From the NCBI GenBank assembly GCA_963735805.1, contig CAVTMK010000004.1, forward strand, positions 704,001-768,000: a stretch of DNA of 64,000 bases, given 5' to 3'. The position numbers and the translations under genes were made by a program. Positions 10,015 through 21,009 of the stretch are shown here, piece after piece (position 1 is the first letter of the stretch; the number at the start of each line of letters is the position of its first letter). The DNA comes from an uncultured Verrucomicrobiae bacterium (GTDB lineage Bacteria; Verrucomicrobiota; Verrucomicrobiia; Chthoniobacterales; UBA10450). The notes beneath the pieces are model-generated. The model was given only the letters and a program-made list of their open reading frames with translations. It searched no databases and was not told the DNA's origin.

Positions 10015-11712
10015 TTAAACGCGTCCGCTTTTTATCAGCAACTCGTGGACAATCCGCATCCGCTTTTGTTCTTCGCGGGTGGAACTCAGTTGTGCAATCG
10101 ATCGCTGCATTCGCCGGGTCCAATTCAAGTTTGCCTTTGTCCCCGGCACATTGAAACGGTACTTGTGCGCTAGCAGATCGGTGATCATAACGATGGCAAT
10201 CCACGACTCGCTTTTGAAAAGAGCTTCCATGATCGCCGGGTAGAAAGGTTCTTCGAAGTGGATCTGGCTAACTGTTGGCTGGAAACCGGCGAAGACGGCG
10301 ATCTTTGTCAGATCGACCCTCGATTGTTCCGAGGTGGCTGTCGGATGTTCGAAGACTTCTTCCCATAACGCGCGGATGGGTTTGTGATCGTGGGTGGCGT
10401 ATGTCGCAACGGAAAGCCGTTCATATTTTTCCCCCGGCGTGATTGCGCCATCGCGCACTTCCCATTGCGGGATTTTGAATCCAGCGATGCCTAGCGAGCG
10501 CAGGTTTGGACGCATGTAATCGGGCACCATGCCAAGGTCTTCACCAACCACACATGTGGAGCCGGCCTCTTCCAAAACAATGCGCAGGAACTCTTCGCCA
10601 TCGCGTTTATTTGCTTCGCGGTTTTCTGCTGTTTGGTCATCACGCGGAATGAAATGCGGTGATCGGCCACCGGTTTGTTCCAGCATCTGATTCCATTCGA
10701 GCGGGAGGAACTGATTATTCTTACGTGGCCGCCATGGAAAGGCATAGATACGGTAAAACCCGAGCACGTGATCGATGCGAAAGAGATGAAAAATGGACCG
10801 GACCGCCCGCACCCGCTCACGCCACCAGGCGAAGTTGTTTGCGCGCATTTTTTCCCAGCGATAGACCGGTATACCCCAGTTCTGACCCCATTTTTGTGTA
10901 AAGGCATCATCCTTAAAATACGGCTCGGGAGGCGCGCCTCCCGACCACTCCAGCATGAATTCGTCCCGTAGTGTGAAAACGTCGGAGCTACGATAACTCA
11001 CGCCAAATGGAATATCGCCCATCAGCGCGATGTCGCGCGATTCAGCATACGATTTGATCTGGCGCCATTGGTTATGCGCGATCCACTGGACATAGCAGAA
11101 GAAATTTTGCCGGTCACTAATGACGGTCTGTCGATCCTGTGGCAGATCGTTCAGCCAGTTTCGGGCTTTCTCCATTGATTGAAATTGCGCCGGCCAGCGA
11201 TTCCAGGCTGGGCTGTCGTCATTTTCCTCCATTAGGACCCGAAAAAATGCATAATCGCGCAGCCACATGGATTCTTCTGCGCAGAATTTCTGAAAAGCAG
11301 CGTGCCGACCCACGCCAGCCTGAGCAGAGAAATTGGCGAACGCTCTCTCAAGGAGACGTCGTTTCAGCTTTTTGACCTGGCGATACTTGATTGTGCCGGT
11401 GCGCAGCGTCGGAAGGTCGATATCAGTAAGCGCGATATCAAAGTCTTCCCGCGTTAGATCTTGCGGCGAGTTTGGCGCAAGGTGCACGGTCGTCGGATCA
11501 ATCGCCATCGCGCTGATGGCGTTGTATGGGCTGTTGTCGGCCCCCGTTTCGTTGATGGGCAGGAGCTGGATAAGCTTGAACCCAATTTCCGCTGCCCAAT
11601 TAATAAATTCCCTTAGCGCGCCAGTATCGCCGATTCCCAAATCGCCTTCTCCTCGTAACGCGAACAGCGGGACAAGAACGCCAGCGATCTTCTTTTCAGG
11701 AGAGAGATTCAT
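10015..11712 (-). CDS. malQ: 4-alpha-glucanotransferase (amylomaltase, GH77)
   Basis: GIGDTG, QLLPIN, SPY, GDIPFGV, FRIDHVLGFYR, GEDLG, THDH, RFNVPGT, NWTRR. Confidence 0.92.
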   Translation of the reverse strand: MNLSPEKKIAGVLVPLFALRGEGDLGIGDTGALREFINWAAEIGFKLIQLLPINETGADNSPYNAISAMAIDPTTVHLAPNSPQDLTREDFDIALTDIDLPTLRTGTIKYRQVKKLKRRLLERAFANFSAQAGVGRHAAFQKFCAEESMWLRDYAFFRVLMEENDDSPAWNRWPAQFQSMEKARNWLNDLPQDRQTVISDRQNFFCYVQWIAHNQWRQIKSYAESRDIALMGDIPFGVSYRSSDVFTLRDEFMLEWSGGAPPEPYFKDDAFTQKWGQNWGIPVYRWEKMRANNFAWWRERVRAVRSIFHLFRIDHVLGFYRIYAFPWRPRKNNQFLPLEWNQMLEQTGGRSPHFIPRDDQTAENREANKRDGEEFLRIVLEEAGSTCVVGEDLGMVPDYMRPNLRSLGIAGFKIPQWEVRDGAITPGEKYERLSVATYATHDHKPIRALWEEVFEHPTATSEQSRVDLTKIAVFAGFQPTVSQIHFEEPFYPAIMEALFKSESWIAIVMITDLLAHKYRFNVPGTKANLNWTRRMQRSIAQLSSTREEQKRMRIVHELLIKSGRV

Positions 11713-11727
11713 CAAGTCCACGTGATC

Positions 11728-11823
11728 TTGTCATGTCGAGTGAAATCGAGACATCTCTGATTACTTCGTTTTCTCAAGCGTTAAGAGATTGCTCGACTTC
11801 GCTGAACTGCCCGCGGATGACAA
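11728..11823. repeat. Long imperfect palindromic intergenic repeat (TGTCAT...ATGACA type)
   Basis: Ends ttgtcat/atgacaa, inner arms tcgagacatctct/agagattgctcga; related copy at 60606-60713. Confidence 0.65.
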
Positions 11824-11831
11824 TTGCCTAA

Positions 11832-13892
11832 TCAGCGCCGTCGCACTTGCCAGTCTTCGAGCAGGTCGTTGGGAATTTCCTGCAGAAAACGTGAGGGCCG
11901 CTGGAAAACGTCGCCATAGCCTCCGCTTAATCGCATTTGGGGATATGTGAGATAAAGTTCGTCGCATGCACGGGTGATGGCCACATAAAATAGACGCCGC
12001 TCTTCCTCAAGTGCGTCGCGCGCGTCCAGCGAGCGATTACTCGGAAACATTCCGTCAGTCAGCCAGATTACAAAAACCGCGTGAAATTCAAGGCCCTTGG
12101 CCTGGTGCACCGAAGAGAGGTTGACGGATTCTTTGTCGCTTGTTTGAGCTGGTCCGGCCTCGGCATCGACATTGCTGATCAGCGCCAATTGCGAAAGAAA
12201 TTCGTGCACGTCCTTAAACTGGCGGGCAAAGATTGCGAGTTGATTTAAATCTTCGTGGCGAAGTTCGTAGTTTGTGAAATTTGCTTTGGCGTAATCATCG
12301 TAGATGGCTTCAACCACGGATGTGACCATTTCTGATGGCATTTTGGGCTGACCATCTGGAGCTATTTCGTCCAGCGTATGCGCGAGCTGATCCCACGATT
12401 TTTTCGACTTCGCAGGGACGGTCAACGCGCGCAGAGGTTCGCCAAAACTGCAGCCGGGGCCCTTAACCGCGGCCGGCGTTGATCCTTCTTCGGAGCCGCG
12501 GTCGACGCCCGCGCTTACAGCGTTCAGCGAATTTTCCCAGGCGCGCCAAAGATTTTCTGCGGTACGATTACCAATGCCCGGAAGCAATTTCACCATGCGC
12601 TTAAACGCCACTTCATCGCGAGGATTGGCCACGAAACGCACAAACGCGGTCACATCCTTAATATGCGCCTGCTCGAAGAATCGGATGCCGCTGGTGATCT
12701 GATAGGGGATCCCACGCCGGGAAAGCTCCAGTTGCAGCTCGACTGCATGATAATGCGCACGGTAAAGCACGGCGATCTCATTGAGATCGACGCCTTCATC
12801 GCGTAGTTCCAGAATCCGCTGCGCGACAAACTGCGCTTGCTCTCCGCCATCGTTCAGCGCCACCAACGCCGGTTTCAGCGCTTTGGATTCGCGCGTTGCG
12901 CTTAAGTGTTTTCGAAATTGATGAACGTTTGCCGCAATGGCCGCGTTGGCTACCTCCAAAATTTCCGGAACGCTGCGGTAATTCATTTCGATTTTGAACA
13001 CCTGCGCGTCCGGATAACGCTTTGGAAATTCGAGGATGTTTTGAAAGTTCGCGCCGCGCCACGAATAGATCGACTGCGCGTCATCGCCCACGACCATCAC
13101 GTTGCGATGATCGCGGGCAAGAAGATCAACGAGATCAGCCTGGATTTTGTTAGTGTCCTGGTATTCATCGACGAGAATAAACTGAAACTGTCGCCGATAA
13201 ATTTCCGCGATTCGCTCGTGCTGTTGAAACATCGACAATGTTTTTTGCAGCAGGTCGTCAAAATCCATCGAATTCGTGGCTTTCTTCTTTTTCTCGTAGC
13301 GTTCTCGAATGTCTTGAATCTTCTCGAGTAAGGGCAGGAAATACGGAAATTTTCCCGCAAGCAATTCCTCTAACGGATTCTCTGTATTGACAACGAAGCT
13401 GAAGATTTCCGCAAGCACATCGCCTTTCGGAAACCGGATCTCCTTTGGATCAATTCCTGCACTGGCCACCACAGCGCCGATCAAATCCTTTTGATCTTCG
13501 CGGTCCATGATGGTGAATCCGCTCGAATAGCCGAGCGCGCTGCCGTGCCGGCGCAAGATCCGATTTCCTATTGAATGAAACGTGCCACCCCAGAGGCCGC
13601 TGGCATCGATCGGCAGCAAATTGACTACACGACCCAGCATTTCGCGCGCAGCCTTGTTTGTGAATGTAAGCAGCAAAATGTTTCGAGGGTCGATCCCGTT
13701 TTCGAGCAAGTAAGCGACGCGATAGGTAAGAGTGCGGGTCTTCCCCGATCCGGCGCCCGCTATGACAAGGAGCGGACCTGGTGGCGCAGTCACCGCTGCG
13801 AGTTGCTGTTGATTTAGTTCGGCAGCGTAATCGATATGAATCCCGCCGCCCCGGGATGCCGGCGCGCGTTGGAGCGTGTATTGACGAGACAT
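11832..13892 (-). CDS. UvrD/PcrA-family ATP-dependent DNA helicase
   Basis: AGAGSGKTRT, TFTNKAA, VDEYQDTN, VGDDAQSIYSWRGA, NYRS, HQAKGLEF, EERRLFYVAITRA; start moved to ATG 13892. Confidence 0.93.
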   Translation of the reverse strand: MSRQYTLQRAPASRGGGIHIDYAAELNQQQLAAVTAPPGPLLVIAGAGSGKTRTLTYRVAYLLENGIDPRNILLLTFTNKAAREMLGRVVNLLPIDASGLWGGTFHSIGNRILRRHGSALGYSSGFTIMDREDQKDLIGAVVASAGIDPKEIRFPKGDVLAEIFSFVVNTENPLEELLAGKFPYFLPLLEKIQDIRERYEKKKKATNSMDFDDLLQKTLSMFQQHERIAEIYRRQFQFILVDEYQDTNKIQADLVDLLARDHRNVMVVGDDAQSIYSWRGANFQNILEFPKRYPDAQVFKIEMNYRSVPEILEVANAAIAANVHQFRKHLSATRESKALKPALVALNDGGEQAQFVAQRILELRDEGVDLNEIAVLYRAHYHAVELQLELSRRGIPYQITSGIRFFEQAHIKDVTAFVRFVANPRDEVAFKRMVKLLPGIGNRTAENLWRAWENSLNAVSAGVDRGSEEGSTPAAVKGPGCSFGEPLRALTVPAKSKKSWDQLAHTLDEIAPDGQPKMPSEMVTSVVEAIYDDYAKANFTNYELRHEDLNQLAIFARQFKDVHEFLSQLALISNVDAEAGPAQTSDKESVNLSSVHQAKGLEFHAVFVIWLTDGMFPSNRSLDARDALEEERRLFYVAITRACDELYLTYPQMRLSGGYGDVFQRPSRFLQEIPNDLLEDWQVRRR

Positions 13893-14022
13893 TTCAGTAA
13901 TTGCGGATTTTGGATTGCCGATCGCGGACTGCAAAGAACCGCAGCGATGACAGGTTCGCAAATCCCATCGTCAATTTCGCAAAATTGAATCCAAGCCGAA
14001 GCGGAACTCCTAACAAAAGCCA

Positions 14023-15450
14023 TTGCAAACTGCGGCGGCTGGCATCCATAATGCCGTCCCCTTGCCCCGCCTCGTCACATTCCTATCGTTGCTGTGCATC
14101 ATTCCCGTGGCCACGGGATTCGGCGCGGGCCAGGAAGCTTCGCAATTGCGAAACCAACTGGATGCAGCAAAGGCAGCCGCGGACAAACCTGCGACTATCG
14201 AATTGAGCAGGCGGATTCTCGCGATTACCCCGGAGGATTCCAGCGTCTGGGAGACGCTTGCGCAGACAGAACTGGAAACCGAAGACTGGGATCGTTTGGA
14301 GCAAACGCTCGACGCATGGAAAAAAGCACTCCGGCGTCCACCGGCAACGATTGAAGATTTCCGGGGCGACCTGTCTTTTAGGCGTAAGGACTATCAAAAT
14401 GCCGAGCGGTATTGGCTTGCATTCCTCGCGTCGAAACCGCCACCGGCAGATGCCGCGACCGAGTACGATAGCCTGGCAGATTTATGTGCCGCGCAGGAAC
14501 GCTGGGAGGATCACGCAGCCTATCGGACAAAGGCGGTCGTCGCGAAGGATTCGGCTGCACGCCGGGTTTCCCGGGCAATCGCTTTCCTTCGTCTACACAA
14601 ATGGGACGCGGCTTACACGGACATGACAAAGGCGAACAAGATGGACCCCACCGATTCAGAAGTGAAGGAATGGCTGCCCCAGTTCGAACAGTTACAGCAA
14701 TTCCTGCCGCGCATCAAAGTACTCGACGCGCAGATTGCGAAATCGCCCAGCAATCCGGCAGTCGCGGGACTGTTGCTTGAGCGCGGGCGTATTTTCACTC
14801 TCGCCGGACGGCCCTTGCTTGCCCTCGATGACGCCCAGCGCGCATCGAAGCTTCAGCCCGCGTCGATGCGCGCGCGCATCCAAACCGCCGAGGCTTTGCT
14901 CGACGTGGATCGAGTGGACGACGCGGCAAAATTGGCGGTTGGCAGAGATCTTCGTCGTGGGGAGGACAAACACGTTAGCGAGCAGGCCCTGCGCGACCTC
15001 GGCACGTTGGATGCGCGGCTTTTGGAAAACCCCAACGATTCTGACGCGCTTACGGCGCGCTCGAAAATTCTGAGAGAACTTCGTCAATTCACTCCGGCCT
15101 TGGCTGACGCGCGCGCTGCGCTTGCGATCAATGATAGATTCGCAGACGCGCACTTCGAAGCCGCGCAAGACCTCAGTGGCTTGGGTCAGGAAAAAGAGGC
15201 GCTGGGGGAGGCCCGCATCGCGACCGAGTTGGATCCAAAGGATTCGGCTAAATGGTTCTTCAGGGGTGTGCTCGAAAGACAACGCGCAAATTTCAACGCG
15301 GCGATTGAATCGCAAACTCGTTCCCTTGAAATTAATGAATCTCTGCTGGCGTTAAACGAACGCGAGCAATGCGAACGCCGCATCGGAAAGATAACTGAGG
15401 CCGACGCCGACCTTCGCCGGATTCGAGAATTGGCGCCAGAACACGAATGA
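14023..15450 (+). CDS. Exported tetratricopeptide-repeat protein
   Basis: N-terminal hydrophobic segment, repeated TPR-like helices (e.g. ALADARAALAINDRFADAHF); start uncertain; overlaps the next gene (ATGA). Confidence 0.75.
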   Translation: MQTAAAGIHNAVPLPRLVTFLSLLCIIPVATGFGAGQEASQLRNQLDAAKAAADKPATIELSRRILAITPEDSSVWETLAQTELETEDWDRLEQTLDAWKKALRRPPATIEDFRGDLSFRRKDYQNAERYWLAFLASKPPPADAATEYDSLADLCAAQERWEDHAAYRTKAVVAKDSAARRVSRAIAFLRLHKWDAAYTDMTKANKMDPTDSEVKEWLPQFEQLQQFLPRIKVLDAQIAKSPSNPAVAGLLLERGRIFTLAGRPLLALDDAQRASKLQPASMRARIQTAEALLDVDRVDDAAKLAVGRDLRRGEDKHVSEQALRDLGTLDARLLENPNDSDALTARSKILRELRQFTPALADARAALAINDRFADAHFEAAQDLSGLGQEKEALGEARIATELDPKDSAKWFFRGVLERQRANFNAAIESQTRSLEINESLLALNEREQCERRIGKITEADADLRRIRELAPEHE

Positions 15451-18400
15451 AGCGCCGATTCTGCGCAGCGATCTGGCTTCTTGTAGCCTGCGGGCTCGCT
15501 TTTGATTTGCCGGCTGCGGTGAACGCCCAGGAAGAGCAGGAAGAGGAGACTTCACTGAGCAAACCTGATGCCGGCGGTATCGTGATTGATCCGTCCAGCG
15601 GCGAGATCGCAGAGGGGACGCAGATCACGATCACGTTTCCAGTAGCTATGATCGCGCCTGATTTGATCGATATCGGCGATCAGCCTGCTCCGTTCGTTAG
15701 CGAACCGAAACTTGGTGGTACCTTCCTTTGGAAAAGCCCGACAGAAGGCGTCTTCACCGTCAGCGGCGTCGTCGCCGGCGCGCATCATCGGTTGACGCTG
15801 GTTTCCGGCCTGAAGAACGCGAACGGGAAAGCGTTCATTGTGAAAGATTGGAGCGCCGAATTTACGACGCCAAAGTTTGCGATCACCAGTGATTTTGGTG
15901 AACGGGAGGAGCTATCTGCGCGCCCGCAAATTTATCTGGAGTCCACTTACACCGTTCAACTCGCTGAAGCTGCCGAGCATATCTATTTTCAAGATCGCGA
16001 TTCACGCGAGCGTTTCCCGGTCGAGGTAATTCAAACCGTCGAGGAGAAAAACGCGGGGACGCCGGAAGGGACAGCATTCAGGGTCGCGCCGCGGGAGCCA
16101 CTTCCCGTCGGACGCACGTTCGACCTCATCGTGAATGGCCTGCTCGACGCGAAAAGCCGGCGTCCACTCCGATATTTGCAAGTGATTTCAGTGGGCAAAA
16201 CCGAGCCGCTCAAGGTCGAATGGGTCGGCGCGTTTAATCACGCTCTCGACGTCCCGTCTATTCGGATCAAGTTCAACGACGACATCGATCCGGTGGAAGC
16301 GACGCCGGAACGAATCCGTGTCGAGCCGGCAGTGCAGAAAATGAAACTGCTCGCGAGCGGCAGCGAGGTTGATATCGCCGGCAGCTTTGATGTTACGCAG
16401 CGCTACAAAGTTACGATTTCGCCAAGACTAACCGGCGAGCGTGGTTACGGACTCGCTGCGGAATCGCGCTGGGGCGCAACCTTCCGTCCGAAGGAATCGT
16501 GCCTGGTCTTTCCGTCATCGCAGGTGTTTACGCGCGCCCGCCAGGAGTTGCGCTTTGCGTTCTTCCAGATCAACACGCCGCAGGTGACATGGAAACTGGC
16601 CCACATTCCGCCAGAAAAATTATCGGCAGTCACAGCGCGCATTCGAGAATTTGAAAAGGACGCCACCGATCCCATTACCGGCAAGGTGGTAATTGATCCA
16701 CGCACCGGCTTTACCAAGCAGTTCCAGACCGAATTACTCGTTAGCACATTTCAATTGCCAGTCTCGGCCAGTGGCACATTCGATGCGACGAGCGGTGATA
16801 TCGAAACGCGCCGCGATGTTCATTGCAATGCGCCGACAAACGAAGGCTTCGCGGGCGCCTATCTTTTCGAAGCGAGCGCAGCACTCCCTGACAGACGGAT
16901 TGTCGGGAATCGCTCGATCATTTGCGTCAATGATTACCTGCTGACGCAGAAGCGGACGCCCACAACAGTGATCATGCGTCTGGCGAAAATGTCTGATGCC
17001 AACTCGGTGGCGGGTGTGACCGTACGCGCTGTCACTGAAGAGAACATCGAACTTGCTCGCGCCTGTACCTGACAAGAACGGCATCGCGCAGTTTTCCAAG
17101 GATTCGGTTTTTCCGAAACGTCGCGATCCCAAGGCGAAGGATACACATCTGTTTATCGCGGACACTTCGACCGGTCCGGCGCTGCAATTTGCCGAAGGCA
17201 CGTCGTACCCATCGGGAAGCGATTACAGCCGTCCCGACAGAAGAGCTCATGCTGAGATCATCACGGACCGCAATCTGTACCGTCCGGGGCAAACTGTGAA
17301 GATGAAGGGATTGGTGCGCGACGTAACCGAATTCAGCGGCCTCATGATTCCTTTCGGGGCCGAAGTGCACTGGGCCATAACCGAATCGGATGGCAGCCGC
17401 GTTGTCGGCCAAGGTGATACAACTCTTTCGCTTTACGGAGGATGGGAGGCGGAATGGAACATCCCGGAAAAAGCAAAGCTCGGAAGTTACGAAATTCGCT
17501 GTCGGCTTGCCGGTCGTGACTACGAAGGCGTGAATACGATCAGCGTTCAGGAATATCGCGTGCCGTTATTTTCGGTCATGGTTGAGGCAACCAGTCCGGA
17601 AGTCGGCCCGACCGCGCATGCTCGAGTGTCTTCCGCGTATTTCCACGGTGCGCCGAATGTCGGCGCGCGTGTTCACTGGAAAGCGACTTGGACCACCTCG
17701 GCGGAGTATGGCCCGGAGGAGGAAGGCTCTTATCGAAAGCGCTTCAACTCTTATGCCGAAGTGGGATCGGCACTTGACGCTAATGCAGAGGAGACAAAAA
17801 CGATTGAAGGTGATGCGAAACTCGACGCGCACGGCATGGCAACGCTCTCGTGCGAGTCACCGTTCAAAGACAATCCTGCAGTTGGCCGCGCCAGCGTGAT
17901 CTGGCGTGTCGATGTGACTTCAGTCGACGGTCAGACGCTCACCGGTGGTGAGATGGGAACGCTCTTCACATCAGACACGCGTCTGGGCGTTCGCGCTAAC
18001 GAACAGGTCGTCGAGCCCGCTGGAGTAAAGGTCGAGATCGATGCTCTCGATCCGGAGGATAAAAAAGTAAACGGCATCATTGTTCAGGCGGATCTGTTTC
18101 ATGTGTCCACAAAGACGGTTAAGGAGCAAATCGCGCCCTTTGTTTATCGTTACCGGAACACCGACGAATTCGCGAAAGTCGCTTCACAGGAATCGAAAAC
18201 GCCTGCCGACTTGATTTTCCCGACTACGGAGACCGGACGATACGTCGTTTCAGTCAGCGCGCCAAAAATCAAAGCGCCACTCGTAAGCGATGAGACGACA
18301 GTCACGGGTGAAAAGCTGGCCGAACTTCCGGTGATTAACGAGACTACGTTCAAGATCGAGCACCAGGCCGAACCCTTTCTGCCGGGCGATAAAGCTGTGT

Positions 18401-21009
18401 TTACGATACAAGCGCCATTCGGCGGCGTTGCCTGGGTTTCAGTAGAGACTGATGAAATACTCGACACACTGCTTGTTCCCGTAAAGGGCAACGCAGGTCG
18501 CATCGAATTACCGATCAAAAAGGAATACGCGCCCAATGCGACGGTCTCGATTTATCTCGTTAAACCCGGCGGCGAGAAGGAACTGCCGCGAGAACGCTTC
18601 GCCTATAGCGACATCGAAGTGCGCCGGCCGGATCGCGAATTGAAAATCGAACCGCACATTGCAAACGCCACCGTGAAACCGGGTGAAATGGTGCACGGAG
18701 ATGTGAGCGTAACTTCTGAAAATAAACCGGTTCCTGACGTTGATCTTCTGGTCTTTGCGGTTGATGACGCGGTTCTGACGCTCGGAGACTGGAAGTTGCC
18801 GGCGATTGGCGCGCGATTTTATCCAAAAAATCCTTTCTCCGTGCGCACTTACGAGGCGCTCCGCGGATATATCGATGACCTGGCGAAGCTCAGCCTGACG
18901 CAAAAAGGATTTACGATTGGCGATGGCGGTGAAGAAGCCATCTCAAATACCAAGAATGTCCGTAAAGAATTTCGCACCCTCGCGTATTGGCAGGGGAGTT
19001 TGAAAACCGGCGCTGACGGTAAGCTAACATTTGAATTCGCCGCTCCAGATAACCTGACGACGTATCGGATCGTCGCCGTCGGCCAGACAAAAGCGAACCA
19101 ATTTGGCGGTGATGCGACGCAGACGGTGAAAGTATCGAAACCGCTCCTGATCGATCCGGCGCTGCCGCGTTTTTTGCGCGACGGCGATGAAGTCGAGTTG
19201 CGTGCCGTTGCCAGGGAAAACTTTACGGAGAACGACGAGATCACGATGCGCTGCGTCACGGACGTAAACTTGAAGTTACTCGGGCAGGATAGTGCGGTGC
19301 AGTCCGCCCACCGCGACGCGCCGACGGTGTTCCGATTCAAGGCGAAAGTTGCAGATACCAATCTCACGCCGGCGAAAGTCCGCTTCGAAGCAGTGTCGAA
19401 ATCGAACAACAAAGTGTCCGACACAGTGGAGATCACGCTTCCTGTGCAGCCGCCGACAATCGTGCACAAGGAAAGCATAGCCAGTTCCTTCAAAGGTCCA
19501 CAGTTTGATGCGCGCAGTGTGATGCCCGAGCCATGGAAGCACGGTCGCGGTCAATTCAACGCGACGATTTCGACCTCGCCTTGGCTTTCCCAGATCATCG
19601 GACTCCCGATGATTCTCCAATATCCGCACGGATGTTTCGAACAGATTTCGACGAAGCTCCTGGGCTACAGTCTGCTTGCAAATCTGATGGCGTATTTGCC
19701 TGACTTACAGCAACGCGACCTTGAATATCGCGCCACGCTCGAACGTGGGATGAAGCAATATGCCGATTCGCTGCTCAGTGACGGAATGCTTCCGTACTGG
19801 CCCGGTGGCGGCACTGGCAATGGTTTCGTGAGCTGCCAGGCTCTGTGGTCAGTAAATGAATCTATCAATGCGGGTTTTGAAGCACCTCAGGATTTGCAAG
19901 AGAAACTCGTCGCCGCGGTAACCAAAATCCTGAAAGGCCAGATTCCTGCGTCGCGATTTGAAAAGTGCTTTGCCCTGTTTGTGCTTACGCAATCCGATGA
20001 TCACGACGATTTTCGGAACGAATCCCAGGAGTTGTATTTGCACCGCAACGATGGCAGCGACGAAGACCGGGCTCTGCTGGCAATCGGATTGCATCAGCAA
20101 AATATCATGGCGCGCGAGCAGCAACAGCTCCTGCGGGAAATCGACACGCCTATTAAAGAGCGTGCCTTTAATCCTGCCACGTTCGCATCCATGACTCGCA
20201 CCGAGGCAATGCGCGCGTTCGCGTTTAATGTCATCTCACCGCCATCCTGGACGAAACAAAGAAAACAACAGGCACGCGAGCGGATGGCGAAGTTAATGGA
20301 CGAAGCGGGTTCGCTTTCGACTCAGGAGAATCTCTGGCTCCTGCTCGCGTTCAAATCGATGCTCGGCACAGAGGCCGTTCCGGAGTTGTCGAACGGGATC
20401 CGGCCGCAGGGCGTTCTTTCAAAGAACAGCCGGTCAATCGCGTGGCTCGATCACAAACTGGGGAGCGATTTGGTCATTAAAGGGCTCAATCACGGAGCGC
20501 TAACGTTTTTGCTCCGGGCAGAGTACTCGACTAACGAAGTCAATACTGACCGCGTGGACCGCGGGTTTCGCATCGAACGCGTGGTCAAAAACCTGACGGA
20601 CATAAACCGCGTCGGCACCTCCGAAGCTCCCTTCAAGTTGGGGGATCAATTACTGATCATCTACCGGTTGAACTCGCGAAAGCTTCAGAATTTCGTAGCG
20701 CTCGAAGACGAGTTGCCGGCCGGGCTGGAAGTGGTGAATCCAAATCTCGCGTTGGTTGCGAAGTTCTACCAGCTTCCGCCGCCCGATCCGCAGGATCGAG
20801 TACTTAGCTTGTCCTACTCTGAGATGCGCGATCGATCTGCGCTCCTTTATTTTGACGCAGTCGATCCAGGCTCGGGCACATATTCGGTTCTGGCTCGCGC
20901 AACTGCTGCAGGTGCGTTCCGCTGGCCTGCTACCCAAGTCGCGCCGATGTACGACAGCCGTTTCTCTGGGCTGTCGCCCTCAAGTTTATGCGTTATCTCC
21001 AGCGATTGA
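15447..21009 (+). pseudogene. Bacterial alpha-2-macroglobulin, split by an apparent 1-nt frameshift near 17065 (ORFs 15447-17072 and 17053-21009)
   Basis: TDRNLYRPGQ, VQEYRVP, AVDDAVL, PDNLTTYR, LPRFLRDGD, thioester YPHGCFEQ, STQEN; followed by pbpC; joined length about 1850 aa. Confidence 0.85.
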
